The notes under the pieces are model-generated. The model had not been told where the DNA came from and made no database searches. It saw only the letters and a list, made by a program, of their open reading frames with translations. A stretch of DNA of 64,000 nucleotides from Octopus sinensis (lineage: Eukaryota), in assembly GCF_006345805.1 (NCBI RefSeq), contig NC_043005.1:74338001-74402000 (forward strand), read 5' to 3'. Below are positions 1 to 13,253 of this stretch, one piece after another. Position 1 is the stretch's first letter; each line of letters begins with the position of its first letter. The position numbers and the translations under genes were made by a program.

Positions 1-616
1 GAGAAACGATTTGGATTTGATTGGGATTGTAAAATCTCTAACGGTAAACTGGTATTTTATAAAACATCATATTATGACAGGACGTAGATAAAGATTAACG
101 AGTATGTGGGTGTTACTGTTTGTTTGGTTGGTTAGTTGTTTGACTATTTTGTAGTTGTTTTCCTTTTATTTTCGTGTTCTGTTTTTTTTTTTAATAAAAT
201 CACTGGTTCTAGGTATTTGCAACTAAGTAAAAGAAAAAAAAACAAAAAAGAAAAACAAAAAGCAATAAACAACAATGATAATTATGAACAACTGTCGTTA
301 ACCAGCGTGTGTTTGGGCACACACACACATACATATACACACACACACGCAATACACTCAAACACACACAAACACACACTAACACACACTCAAATACACG
401 CGCACACTCACACGCGCGCGTACACATATTTTGAATGTAGCATGTTGCATTTGAAGGACTGAAACAATTTTATCTATCTAGCTAGCTATATATGTACACA
501 CACACACACACACACACACACCACACACACACACATACATACATACATACATACATACATACATACATACATACATACTTTTATTAAAGCAAAACAAATC
601 TTTGCAACCATATATT

Positions 617-1037
617 CTTTTATTCATTTATTTGTTTCAGTCATTTGACTGCGGCCATGCTGGAGCACTGCCTTTAGTCGAGCAAATTGACCCCAGGATT
701 TATTCTTTGTAAGCCTAGTACTTATTCTATCGGCCTATCTTGCCGAACCGCTATGTGATGGGGACATAAACAAACCAGCATCGGTTGTCAAGCGATGTTG
801 GGGGTCAAACAGATACACAAACAAATACACACATACACACACACGCACACACACACACACACACACAGATATATATATATATATATATATGACGGGCTTC
901 TTTCAGTTTCCGTCTACGAAATCCACTCACAAGGCTTTGGTCGGCCCGAGGCTATAGTAGAAGACACTTGCCCAAGGTGCCACTGAACCCGGAACTATGT
1001 GGTTGGTAAGCAAGCTACTTACCACACAGCCACTCCT
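617..1037 (-). mobile_element. tRNA-derived SINE family A with internal (TA)/(CA) microsatellite
   Basis: The sense strand has A-box-like TGGCTGTGTGGT, a body with a central microsatellite and a GAAACAAGTAAAAGAG-like tail. Homologous to more than 12 copies in the window. Confidence 0.85.
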
Positions 1038-1217
1038 GCGCCTATACACACACACACACACCACACACACACACATATATATATATATATACATATGCGT
1101 ACGTAAGTGTGTGCATACACACACGCACGCACACACGCATACACACACATACACATGTGTATATATATATATGTATATATATATAATATATATATATAAT
1201 ATATATATATATATAAT

Positions 1218-1250
<33 letters not shown>

Positions 1251-1254
1251 CTAA

Positions 1255-1800
1255 CTGAAACTCCCCGATTTCCAGTATTCCGAATATGCTCGTTGGTTTC
1301 CGATCTGGTAAACCATGCCTGATTTCCTTTTGAATATCCACCGTCCGAATATGTTTTTCAGATATGAAAGGAAAGCTTCAAAGAAACGTTTATCTTTATG
1401 TTCTTTCGTTTAAAAACCCTTGATTAAACTGAGAAGCAGTCTGATAATGAGAGACCCACCGATTAAGTTCAGACACAATTTGTAGTTCTTGAATGCCCTT
1501 TTTAATCAAAATATGACTTGAAGTGTTTTGCTCATTTTTTTTTGTGCATTTTGTTTTGTATTTTCCTCGATAACAGTTTTCAGAAGACCAATATTCACAG
1601 AACCTCGTCATCCCGATTGAGGGAAATCTGCAAGAGAAATATTTCCCGAGCGAAACAGGTCAAACCATTTTTGGCGAGTCCTGCTACTTAAAGCTTCATT
1701 GCCGTAGACAGAATGAATACTTCTTGCCGTTTCCATAGCCAACGAACTTCCTTTGAGTTTACACAGCATGTAATATCTGATCTAAATTCCTTTTAAAAGG
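1255..1800 (-). pseudogene. Mariner transposase N-terminal half, degenerate
   Basis: IRYYML..AMETARSIHSVYGNEALSSRTRQKWFDLFRSGNISLADFPQSG (HTH) and VSELNRWVSHY (WVPHEL linker). Confidence 0.8.
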
Positions 1801-3610
1801 GTAAAATCTATACGAATTCAACTATTATAGTATAAAGAAATAAAAAAAAACATTGGAATGTGAAAACTAATGCTTATTTTACCGTAAGCACTAAAAACGT
1901 TCTCTGAACGTGATATTGTCAAAATGCGATGTGCTTGTGTGTGTGTGTGTTGTGTGTGTGTGTGTGTGTGTGTGCGTGTGTGTGTGTGTGTGTAACGAAA
2001 CACAACAGGAGAGATTGTTTATAAAATATTTAGTTAACTAAATATTTTGTAAGCAATCTGTCGTGTTTTGTTTCGCGTATTTGTACTCTGTGACATAACC
2101 CAAGTGCAGATTCTAACTGAATAATGCATGGACTATAATACGAGTCCGCCTCAGGGTTTCCCTTTAGATATAGGGGAATACACATGGAGTTCTAAATACT
2201 GGTTATTTGCCGTGCAACTTTAATATTAAATATTAAATCGCACTCTCAATGTGTCACGAAGTAAGGAAAGAAGTTTAATCATCATGTAATGTGTCGAAGA
2301 TAGATTAGTCTTGAGGGACCATCTCTGTCTAGACAATTGATTACGGGCGAATATTAAAGATACAAAAATTGGAAATAAAACACCTCGATCGGAAATTGCA
2401 AACTCAGCTAGTCAAGTGATTGCTACTGCTCTACAGTACAGATATTGTATAATATCTCAAGCAAGTTGGCAAGAATCTTGGCAGCGTTGGATAAAATGCA
2501 TTGCAGCAGTCAATCTTCTTTACGTTCTGAGTTCAAATCCTGCCGAGGTCAGCTTTATTTTTTCATCCTTTTTACGGATCAATAAAATAAAGTAACGACC
2601 TACTATGGCTGTAAAGGGTATTGACTACTTCCCGCTTCCTTCAAAACTGCTAGGCCTTGTGCCTTAGTCAGAAACCCTTTTACAAAAGATTTAAAAGATG
2701 AAACGGTTTGTAAAAAAGATACAAGAGAGGAGAAAGAGACAGATAATTCGCGTTTGCATTAGGATTTTCCTATGAGTATGCATGTGCGAGCAGACGATCG
2801 GGAATTGAATCGTCTGTGCGAGCAGACGATTCAATGCACAGTCGTAAAGAGTAATAGAAAAAATAGAATAGTAGGAGGGAAAGAAAGAGGGAGATATAAC
2901 AGAAGGAAGGAGAAGACGAAGGGTAGACAATATTATTGTTCATTGCTAATAGTATCTGGAAATGGTATCTCTTAGAAAGCAGGTGTTGGTTTCTGAAAAT
3001 GCTTATTCATGAAGATTCGTGTGAATGTTTTGGGATGGTTTTGGCGCTTGACAGAGTCTTTGTCACGTGATACATAAACGCTAATGCATAACGCCTACAC
3101 TTGTGCAATAATTATTTACCCATTAAAAAACAAACACAAGAAAAGAAAACGGAAAGATCACATTGTGAGGAATAATTACAAAAACGAACCAAGCACTTGC
3201 ATATAAATATACGAGGAAGGCGGGTGATGTTATATTTTAGTATTCAATTTCGTTTTATTTGATGTCTCTTATTTATTACCCTTCTGCGGCTTTTAGTTGA
3301 TAGTGACAGGACTATGAAATATAGTCCGTTATGAGGATATGTAATACGGCTCGCAGCAAAGGTGGTTATTGTAAATGTGAAAAAATGTTCCTCTTTCGCT
3401 AAATATAATTTTATCCCAGGTTTGCTTACTCGACATTCCACAAAAAATTTCACGCGCGCGTGCGCACGCACACACACGTACATACACGCACACATACACA
3501 CATACACTCATGCGTGCACATACACACACATGCATGTATGTATATATGTATACAAGTGTGTGACAGACAGACAAACATAGAAAAATAGATGGATAGACAG
3601 GCAGACAGAC

Positions 3611-3653
<43 letters not shown>

Positions 3654-3662
3654 CAGATAGAC

Positions 3663-3714
<52 letters not shown>

Positions 3715-3883
3715 CAGATAGAAAATTGAGAGATAGATATTAATTAATTAATAGCAACGGAAGCATTAATACCGAAAGGTAATCCATATATCCACCTTAA
3801 CATGGATGTCTTGTTAGAAAACTGTATACTCGTAGCAGACGAGAATCGTGTGCCATCGGCGCTGATATGAATTTATTATATTG

Positions 3884-4065
3884 ACTGTGACTTCAAAGTT
3901 TTGGTCATCTAAGCCATCGTCGATGATGGCTTAGCTGGTCGAAACGTCGAAGTTACTGCCGATATTATTCTTGCTAAAGAATAGTAAATTTATACTCTAC
4001 CAAATGTATTGAGTAATCCTTCAGTTTAATGTAAAATTGTTTTTATTATAACATAAAAACAAACA
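3884..4065. mobile_element. Palindromic PLE-terminus-like repeat with two back-to-back half-hammerheads
   Basis: 3884-3960 is an imperfect palindrome with a perfect inner CTAAGCCATC/GATGGCTTAG. Each arm reads GAYGA-UGGCUUAG..GAAAC/AAAAC..GAAGUY. Related sequence occurs at 32973-33050. Confidence 0.55.
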
Positions 4066-4961
4066 TTAATGTGTGGGTGTGTGTTTGTGTGCTAGCGTGT
4101 GTGTATGTGTATTAGTGTGTGTGTGTGAGAAGTTGTGTCTGTCGTGCGATCTATTTTAAAACAGTATTCAATTATCAAGCCAGGAAACACTTCAATGTTG
4201 TAAATCTGTTCCTTATAATACGGGTGTAGTTTCTCATCCTCTGTTTTGTTACGGTGTTTGACGATGCTATGTCACTGCCTTTCCACCTGCTTCGCTCGAT
4301 CAACATTCCCTATTTCCGGCTTGTCGAAATAAAGACCGCACTGACTTCGTTTTATTGGAACGAATATCACATTTCCATGATGCGTCCTAAATACAGCAGC
4401 AGGAGAAGAGTGGCGGAGTGCTTGACGTGGCAGAAACAAAGTGTAACGAGGGGGGTGCAATCAACAGAGGACAAAGTATTTGCAAAAGGGGAAGCTGGAA
4501 GCACATCGGTCAGAAAGAGAGAAAGAGACAGAGAGAGAGAGAAAGAATGAAAGGAAGAAAGAAGGAAAGAAGGAAAGAAAAGGCGGTTGTTGGGTGAAAG
4601 GATGGACAGAAGTGTTCTAGTGTTAAGTTTTTATTGGAAGAGGAAAGGAAAATTAGATTATGATATTTAAATATAGCTGTGATAATAGAGGGAGATGCAC
4701 GAAGTCTCGACACAAGAACGCTTAACAGTAATACCGGCACCGTCGCAATTGATATGCATAACTTCCACCACTGCAACCAAACACAAGTAATGCCTACGCT
4801 ACTTCACCTTAGATGCAACCACAACTGCAATCCCTATTGCAATAACAACTAAATACGTGTGTGTGTTTATATGGCTGTGTGTATGACTGAGAAGACCTAT
4901 GTAGAAAGGTGTTCAACTATGTTCATTACTTTCTTTTCCGGCAATAATACACATATGATAA

Positions 4962-5480
4962 AGCGGCGAGCTGGCAGAAACGTTAGCATGCCGGGCAAAA
5001 TACTTAGCGGTATTTCGTCTGCCGGTACGTTCTGAGTTCAAATTCCGCCGAGGTCGACTTTGCCTTTCATCCTCTTGGGGTCGATTAAATAAGTACCAGT
5101 TACGTACTGGGGTCGATAAAATCGACTTAATCCGTTTGTCTCTCCTTGTTTGTCCCCTCTTTCGCCCGACTTTACGTTCTGTGTTCAAATTTTGCCGAGG
5201 TCGACATTAAATTTCATCTCCCGGGTTCGATAAAATAAGTTCCTGCTGGACACTGGGGTCAATGCAATCGACTTACCTCCATCGTTAGCACGCCGGGAAA
5301 ATTGCTTAGCGGGATTTCGTCCGACTTTACGATCTGAGTTCAAATTCTGCCGAGGTCAGCTTTGCCGTTCATCCTTTCGGGGGTCGATAAAATAAGTACC
5401 AGTAGAGCACTGGGGTCGATGTAATCGACTTAACCACTCCTTCGAAAACACTGAGCCTTGTGCCAAAATTTGAAAGCAAT
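4962..5480 (+). mobile_element. Compound SINE family B cluster (three partial units)
   Basis: Repeated gagttcaaatt (B box) / ggtcgactttgcctttcatcct core. Degenerate single copies also lie at 2462-2670, 17715-17912, 24884-25100, 41457-41665, 41816-42015 (+) and 49995-50153 (-). Confidence 0.85.
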
Positions 5481-5932
5481 ATAACGTCTATGACAACACT
5501 TAAGAAACTAGTATGTGATGTGAGGAATCACTATGATTTTCGTCCTTCCGAGCACTGCCGTATATGTTTGCATGATGTTAAATAACATTCAAAGTAATCA
5601 TCACATTGCAAATCTAAGATCAAAGGCATTTCAAATACGATTGGCCAGCATTTGTATTGTTTGTTTTTTTTTTGTTTGTTTTTAAATTTAGAATCGAATG
5701 ACCCTTGATATTTTTAAGGAGAGTAGGGAGTGAAAAGAGGGATGTTTATGGTTGTTACTTCTTGCAGGTCGTAATATTGCCTGATATAAATAAAAATGTG
5801 TTTATCCATGTAATTACGTTGTAATTGTATGCATTAACAAAGAAATTGATTTGTAGAGAATTCCATATTTTTACAAAATGACAGAACGTGATCGTTCAAC
5901 GTCTTCACTACTCCTGAAAAGAATAATATTCA

Positions 5933-6007
<75 letters not shown>

Positions 6008-6031
6008 TATATATAATGATAAATATCAGAG

Positions 6032-6445
6032 TGAGTTATCAACAGTAACAGAAACACATCGTGATGTAAATATGCCATTTGAATATGGCTAACCCCTAAG
6101 GGTCGATGCTACTGTAGTTTTTAGCCCTAGGAAGAGATCTCCTCCAGCTGGCTATAGACACACTTTCTGTGCCCTATCAGTATTTGCAAAGGGAAGCCAT
6201 CCTTCCCGTCTTCAACTTATGATACACACGGACCCGAGCTTCAAGGTATTGACCTATCATCAGCGTGTGACAATCACAGTTGTCGATAGGAAGGAGGTTC
6301 TCTTTACAAATACATATACTTCTTCCAGTGTTCAGTGAGGAGATCTCTTCCTGGGGCTAAAAACTACAGTAGTATCCACCCTTAGGGGTTAGCCATATTC
6401 AAATGGCATATTTACATCACGATGTGTTTCTGCTACTGTTGATAA

Positions 6446-6449
<4 letters not shown>
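6032..6449. mobile_element. Foldback element with 113-bp inverted arms and a central hammerhead motif
   Basis: 6032-6144 is the reverse complement of 6337-6449 with 4 mismatches. It sits between (TA)n tracts. Confidence 0.9.
6225..6269 (-). ncRNA. Type I hammerhead ribozyme-like fold (slightly degenerate)
   Basis: Minus strand: CACACG CUGAUGA U-AGGU-caau-ACCU-U GAAG CUCGG GUC CGUGUG. Perfect 6-bp stem I, CUGAUGA box, 4-bp stem II and GUC triplet. A15.1 is G and 10.1/11.1 is U/U. Confidence 0.7.
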
Positions 6450-6489
<40 letters not shown>

Positions 6490-6577
6490 ATATATATATA
6501 CACATATATATATACATATACATATATATATTTATGTATGTATGTATTACATGTACACACACACATTTATAAGCATA

Positions 6578-6775
6578 TATTTTACTTGTTTCAGTCTTTA
6601 GACCGCGGTCATACTGGAGCACCGCCTTGTACAATTTTAGCCGATCAATCACAGTGCTTATTTTGATTTTTAGTCTGACACATATTCTATCAGTCTATTT
6701 TGCCGAACTGCTATATTACAGGGGCGTAAACGCACCAACAGCGGTGGTGGATGTGACATACATAAACACGCATAC
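6578..6775 (-). mobile_element. SINE family A, 3' half, degenerate
   Basis: cttgtttcagtc..ctggagcaccgcc..ttgccgaac homology. Confidence 0.7.
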
Positions 6776-6827
6776 GCATTAATACATACATATATATGTA
6801 TAGATACATAGATAATTTAAAAAAATG

Positions 6828-7019
6828 GAGTTAAACACAGGTGTTACGCAAATTCTTTTACTTCCGACATGTTTCGAAGACATCATTGGTTTCTTTCTTT
6901 TCCTGATGAGAAGAGTGCATTGTTTATACATCATTTTATTCCTTCTGGAATAATACCGATGTTTTCTTCGAAACGTATGTCGGAAGTAAAAGAATTTGAA
7001 TAACACCTGAGTTTAACTC
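6828..7019. mobile_element. Foldback with ~53-bp inverted arms containing a hammerhead motif
   Basis: 6828-6880 (gagttaaacacaggtgtt...gtttcgaaga) is the near-perfect reverse complement of 6965-7019. Confidence 0.85.
6898..6986 (+). ncRNA. Type I hammerhead ribozyme-like fold, canonical core
   Basis: UUUUC CUGAUGA [stem II 6910-6922/6957-6969: 13 positions, one U-U mismatch, G10.1-C11.1] GAAA C guau GUC GGAAG. Stem I is 5 bp including two G-U pairs. Predicted cleavage after 6981. Confidence 0.75.
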
Positions 7020-7254
7020 TATTTATTCATTTATCTATGATATACAAAATATTTCACCTAAACCTGGAGTTTCTACCTTTATAAATAGGCTGTTACATCC
7101 TTGTTACTTGTGTGAATTTTTTTCTACCCTGGTCAATGTTTATTTTTTCCGTGTTATTTGTAAACACTTGAAAAAAACACAGCCCAAAGTGCCACGCAGT
7201 GAGAGTGAACCCGGAACCACGAAAGAAAACCGCCTATTACACAGTTACACTTGC

Positions 7255-7379
7255 ACCTATGTACGTACGTATATATGTATGTACGTATGTATGTATGTAT
7301 GTATGTATGTATGTATGTATGTATGTATGTATGTATGTATGTATGTATGTGTATGTATGTATGTATGTATGTATGCATG

Positions 7380-7412
<33 letters not shown>

Positions 7413-7556
7413 GTGTATGTATGCATATATGTATGTGTATGTATGTATGTATTTATGTATGTATTACGTGTGTATGTATGTATGTATGTATGTATGTATG
7501 TATGTATGTGTGCATGTATGTATGTGTATGTATGTATGTATTTATGTATGTATGTA

Positions 7557-7587
<31 letters not shown>

Positions 7588-7868
7588 ATGTATGTATGTA
7601 TAACATAACATGTATTTATATTTTATTTACTATGCTTATAATGTTCTTCGTAAGGAGTTTCTTCATTCAACTAATTATGTGCCTTATTAAGAACGCCCTC
7701 AACAACTCTCATCGACCGATAAGAAAAGATTCTCGCTGATCATATATTTTGTAAAGTTATGTTTTTCTCGCTTATAACTCAAAAGGTTTTCCGGGGTAAA
7801 GAAACCTGAGATAAGTAGATAGGTAGGTGGGTAGAAAGTTAGATAGATAGATAGATTGACAGGCAGCC

Positions 7869-7941
<73 letters not shown>

Positions 7942-8075
7942 CATAGATAGATAGATACATAGATAGATAGATAGATACATACATACATACATAGATAGAT
8001 AGATACATACATACATACATACATACATAGATAAATAGATAGATATATACAAAGCGAAAAGTGAGAGAGAGAGAG
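7255..8075. repeat. (TATG)n, (GATA)n and (GA)n arrays
   Basis: Seen directly. These arrays generate the MYVC/IYLS pseudo-ORFs. Confidence 0.95.
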
Positions 8076-8716
8076 AGAGGAGAGAAATACTGAGAAATAC
8101 AGAAAGAGGGAGATTTAATGAGAGTTAGACAACTCTTAAGGGAGATCTCAAATATACGGAAGACACTTAATGAAATTATATTTACTGCATGTCAGTTCCA
8201 CATCGTTAATTACCCAATTGCAATGGTAAATGCACCAATCAAACGGCGTATATTAAAAAGTGGTGGCTGTTTCAGTTTTTTATTATCTTTTATATACATA
8301 TTAGTTCCAACTAAAGTTAGAATGCGAAGCTTTTAGTCCATTCTAGATTGGTAACAACTCCTCGATTGCTATATATATTTTCTGGTGAGTCACGCATTAT
8401 TTCACCATGTGAAAGCAAATTTAAACAACATTATCACCACATTCTCTTATTCTGTCACTATAAACTAGGCGCGGGCAACCTTTTTCGAGAAGAGGGCCGC
8501 ATGCGACACAGCTCATTATCGGGTGAGCCGCAGTCACACTACTGAAAAATTCGAAGGTAGTTTTTCGTTAGGTGTGCCATTCAGAAAGCCCTGCGGACTG
8601 CAGGTTGCCCGAGACTGATATAAACACTAAAAGAGGAAAATGCAATGCTGAAACTCTAAGTTCATCCTGATTCTATAAATCCTTGTTCAAAGACTTTGAC
8701 CTAAAGTACGGTGGGT

Positions 8717-9015
8717 GGAGGCACATGGCCTAGTGGTTAGAGCAGCGGACTCGCGGTCGAGGGATCGCGGATTCGAATCTCAGACCGGGCGATGTGTGTG
8801 TTTATGAGCGAAACACCTGAAGCTCCACGCGGCTCCGACAGAAGGTAAAGACGAACTTCTGCTGACTCTTTCGCCACAACTTTCTCTCACACTTTCCTCC
8901 TGGATCTTGCAGCTCACCTGCGACGGACTGGCGTCTCGTCCAGCTGGGGGAAACTATATGCCAAGGAAACCGGGAAACCGGCCCTTATGAGCCAGGTGTG
9001 TCTCAAGAAGGAATA
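8717..9015 (+). mobile_element. tRNA-derived SINE family C, tail type 2
   Basis: tggcctagtggttag A box, gattcgaatc B box and gaaaccgggaaaccggccctt tail. Confidence 0.85.
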
Positions 9016-9557
9016 ATTCTCAAAATTCAAAGTACGATGGGGGCGGGGTGACAACGTAATCGACAAACCGCTTCCCCTAAATTTGAAACCATTAGGTTTC
9101 GTATGTCTACTCGTCCATCCAGCCATCTTCCCTGCCCATCATTCCCAGCAGGGTTGTTGGAATAGAAATTCTGGAATTCACTAATGATTCCTAATGATGC
9201 AAAAAGTCATTGATTTAGTCGATGAAATCTGTTTAGCATAGAATAAAATTTCCCTGCAACGTAAAACCACACCATAATATCCTTCTTACTGGTTTGACAA
9301 ATGTAATGTTTTGACTTAGCTTTTAAGCCGAGAAGATGTCGGAAAGTTATGTGTCCAGTGTTCTAGCTCTTGCCGGGCTTGGGTTACTGATTAGTAATCA
9401 GTGGTTACCATACAAGGTATTCAAACTTGAGTTAGTTCTTACAATCTATTTTTGATGCTGTGTTTTTTTACCGTGCTTTCTCACCTAATATTTCGTAATA
9501 TAAACGCTATGATTTTGAGTCTAGGACTTTTACCCGCCATGGAGACTAACACCTCAA

Positions 9558-9736
9558 GGACAATTACCCCTAAGAACAACAGATGATGATTTAAAATTTT
9601 TCAATATATTGGAGATGGGGTAATTAACCAAGTGGAGTAATTGTTCTATGGGGTAGTTGTCGTCGTAGGGAATTGTCCTTGGTAGGGTGGTAATTGTTTT
9701 ACGAGGATAATTGTCCGGGGGGGGGGGTAATTGCCC
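9558..9736. mobile_element. Small non-autonomous element with 13-bp TIR and internal GGGGTAATTGTCC subrepeats
   Basis: ggacaattacccc vs ggggtaattgccc (12/13 match), with about six degenerate internal copies at ~20-bp spacing. Confidence 0.55.
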
Positions 9737-9810
9737 AGATACGATAATTTTACCTTCCCCCCAAAAAAGTGTACCCGCCAATCATTGTTTTGCTAGCGCA
9801 AAATGGACTA

Positions 9811-10324
9811 TTGGGTTGTCCAGAAAGTTCGTGCCGATTTATAGTAGCTTAAATTTCGACTTATTTTAGAACATGGTTGAGTCCATAAAATAGGATTTTA
9901 CTGCACCTCCATTTAGAGCACAGTTTAAGCTATCTTTTCGTGGAATAAGGTTTATGTTCCTATAACCTGTGTTAATTCTGTAACCCTTTAAAATGGAAGA
10001 TAAGAAAGTTCATTTTCGGCACTTGATGCTTTGGGAACCAGACAAAAATTGCCGCAGCTCGGCTGGGATGTGTTACCCCGCCCTCCATATTCACCAGATA
10101 TTGCTCCTTCGGGTTTCCACTTATTCAGGTCTCTGCAGAATAGTCTTAATGGTAAAAATTTCAATTCCTTGGATGACGTAAAAAGATACCTTGATGAATT
10201 CTTTGCCATGAAACCACCTCAATTCTAGGAAGAGGGTATTTGGTTGATTAAAAATGTAATGGCAAGTATTTATTGACCGTTTTCTTTCCTTTAAAAATCG
10301 GCATGAACTTTCCGGAGAACCCAA
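9811..10324 (+). mobile_element. Internally deleted mariner element (514 bp)
   Basis: 30-bp TIRs (ttgggttgtccagaaagttcgtgccgattt / aaatcggcatgaactttccggagaacccaa) with TA duplications. The N-terminus MEDKKVHFRHLMLWE is fused to C-terminal LGWDVLPRPPYSPDIAPSGFHLFRSLQNSL. Confidence 0.92.
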
Positions 10325-11641
10325 TAAAATAATGCGTATATGTATGTGCGTGCACATGAACAACTGTCAGATAAATTCGTTCCTTTCATTTTCCCTCTAT
10401 TTTAATCTTTTACAAACTTACTTGAATTAATACGAAAAATACTTTTTATCATAGTGTTTTATATTGTATTTTGTATTTCTATTCTCCGTCTACAACTTTT
10501 GTTTATCGCTTTTGAAATTTGAACAAATTTTTAAATTGTTGTTGAAAAAATTATTAAAATAAATGGGGGAAAAACTAACGAATGAGTTTATCTGAAAACC
10601 CAATATATTATGAGAGAGAAAGCCAAAACGAGAAAGAGAAAGAGAGGGAGAGTGTGTGAGAGAGGTGGGGAGAAAGGGAGGTAGAAAAAGAAAGGATAGT
10701 CGAACATGTTCATAAATATTATGCGTATATTTACATAAAGTTACGTTTTATGTCATTTTCTGTAAAGCGTATTGCCTGCGGGAGAGTTGCGTTTCATTAC
10801 GGGTCTTTTAGTTCTTATAACAATAAGTGGTACTCTAAGACTTCTAAGTGGCAGGCAGGGAGGAACATGAAATTCAAGAGTTATTGGAAGTAGATATATG
10901 AAGAGACTGTAAGAAATATTTATTCCTTACATCACAGCATTCTGATAAGTTTATGGCAGGTAGAAATAAGGGAGATGTTTGTTGCGGCGGGTGGTTACAC
11001 TTTTAAGAGGACATACTCAACAAAAACAAGGAAAATTTCTAAAGAAATCACACTACTTCACACGTCTCCGTCTTCCTTGTCGTTTTCTTTTTTTTTTGTT
11101 GTTGTTTTTGTTTCCATCCTTCTTCTCTTCTTCTTCTCCCTTTTCCCTTTTTTTTGTTTTCTTTATTATTACTAGTATATGTATGGCGTGTTTCTTGGAG
11201 AAGAAGTCTCTTTGAATGCGTGTGAATGCGTGTGTTTGTATTTGCCTTATATGTACTTATGATTACTTACACGTACACTCATACATACACATGCACGCAC
11301 GCACGCATGTAAGTACACATATGTATATATATTATATACGTAAGTACGTATGTATATCTAGGCAGCCATTTCACTCATCTCTCCACATATAACCTCTTAT
11401 TCGTTCCGTCAATTTAAAGTAGGAGTCACTGATGCATATCAGTAGCATATAATTTATGAGATTTTGTTCTTCAAATGTTTGTGTAGACAACAAAAGGGCT
11501 ATAAACTGTACACAGGTGGTATACTTCAGCGATAGAGGCCTTTGTTTCATAAATGTTGCATCTCGATACGATGACACTGGAATCTGGACGACTAAAAGTT
11601 ACACAACTTTGAATTAAGCTACGTAGTCGCTCTCCAGCACT

Positions 11642-11672
<31 letters not shown>

Positions 11673-11882
11673 TTTTGGGTTGGAGCATAATTATTGCGGC
11701 TGTTTCAACAAATTTTATTCAACAAGAACAATAACAACATATATTCACCATCTACTTCACTTACTGTTTCCCATTTGCTTGGCAGGCTGTCAGACCGTCA
11801 TTTAAAGATGATTTTGTTAAATATTGTTATTGTTGAATAAAATTTGTTGAAAAAAAAGCCGTAATAATTATGCACCAACGCA

Positions 11883-12662
<780 letters not shown>

Positions 12663-13253
12663 GCTGAAGTTGTCGTGTGTGTGTGTGGCAGGTTTGGCAG
12701 CCTTCAACTAACACTATCTCCCCCGGGGCCCTGCGGTGCAAGTTGACCAAACTTGAGATTACGATAGCAGAAGACTTGCTCTTCATTCCGTTGAAGGAAA
12801 AATTCAAATCGGACCATGTTAACACGAAAAACTATTTACATCAAAAAGGAGCTTTTATTTTCTATGAAAATCCCTATTTTTTTCGATACTTTTACTGCTG
12901 TGTCGCCATTTTTCGGTGTCCAGCCGGGGGAACACATACGCCACAGAAACCGGGAAACCAGGTCCATGAGCCTGGCTACGCTTGAAAAGGGCGCATAAAA
13001 AAAAAACTGAGTCGATGTGATTGAATTCCCCCCTCCTGGCCCTGTGCTAAAATTTTCAACTACTATAATTTCTAATTTAGTTATTTATGTGCCTTATTAT
13101 TCAATTAGTTAAATCATTAGATTTAATCTTACAATGTACAAAATGGTGTATCAAATTAGTACATGAATTTTAATGTCACATTTATGCTTGTATATCTTGA
13201 AACAGGGTTAATTAGAATATAAAGAGAGTTAAGCATTTAAATATAATAACGAT

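Noticed and set aside
3063-3072. GTCACGTGAT E-box/CLEAR-like motif
   Set aside because: An isolated 10-mer with no supporting promoter context.
8717-8790. Functional tRNA gene at SINE heads
   Set aside because: A/B boxes are present, but there is no acceptor stem or oligo-T terminator and the sequence continues into a SINE body.
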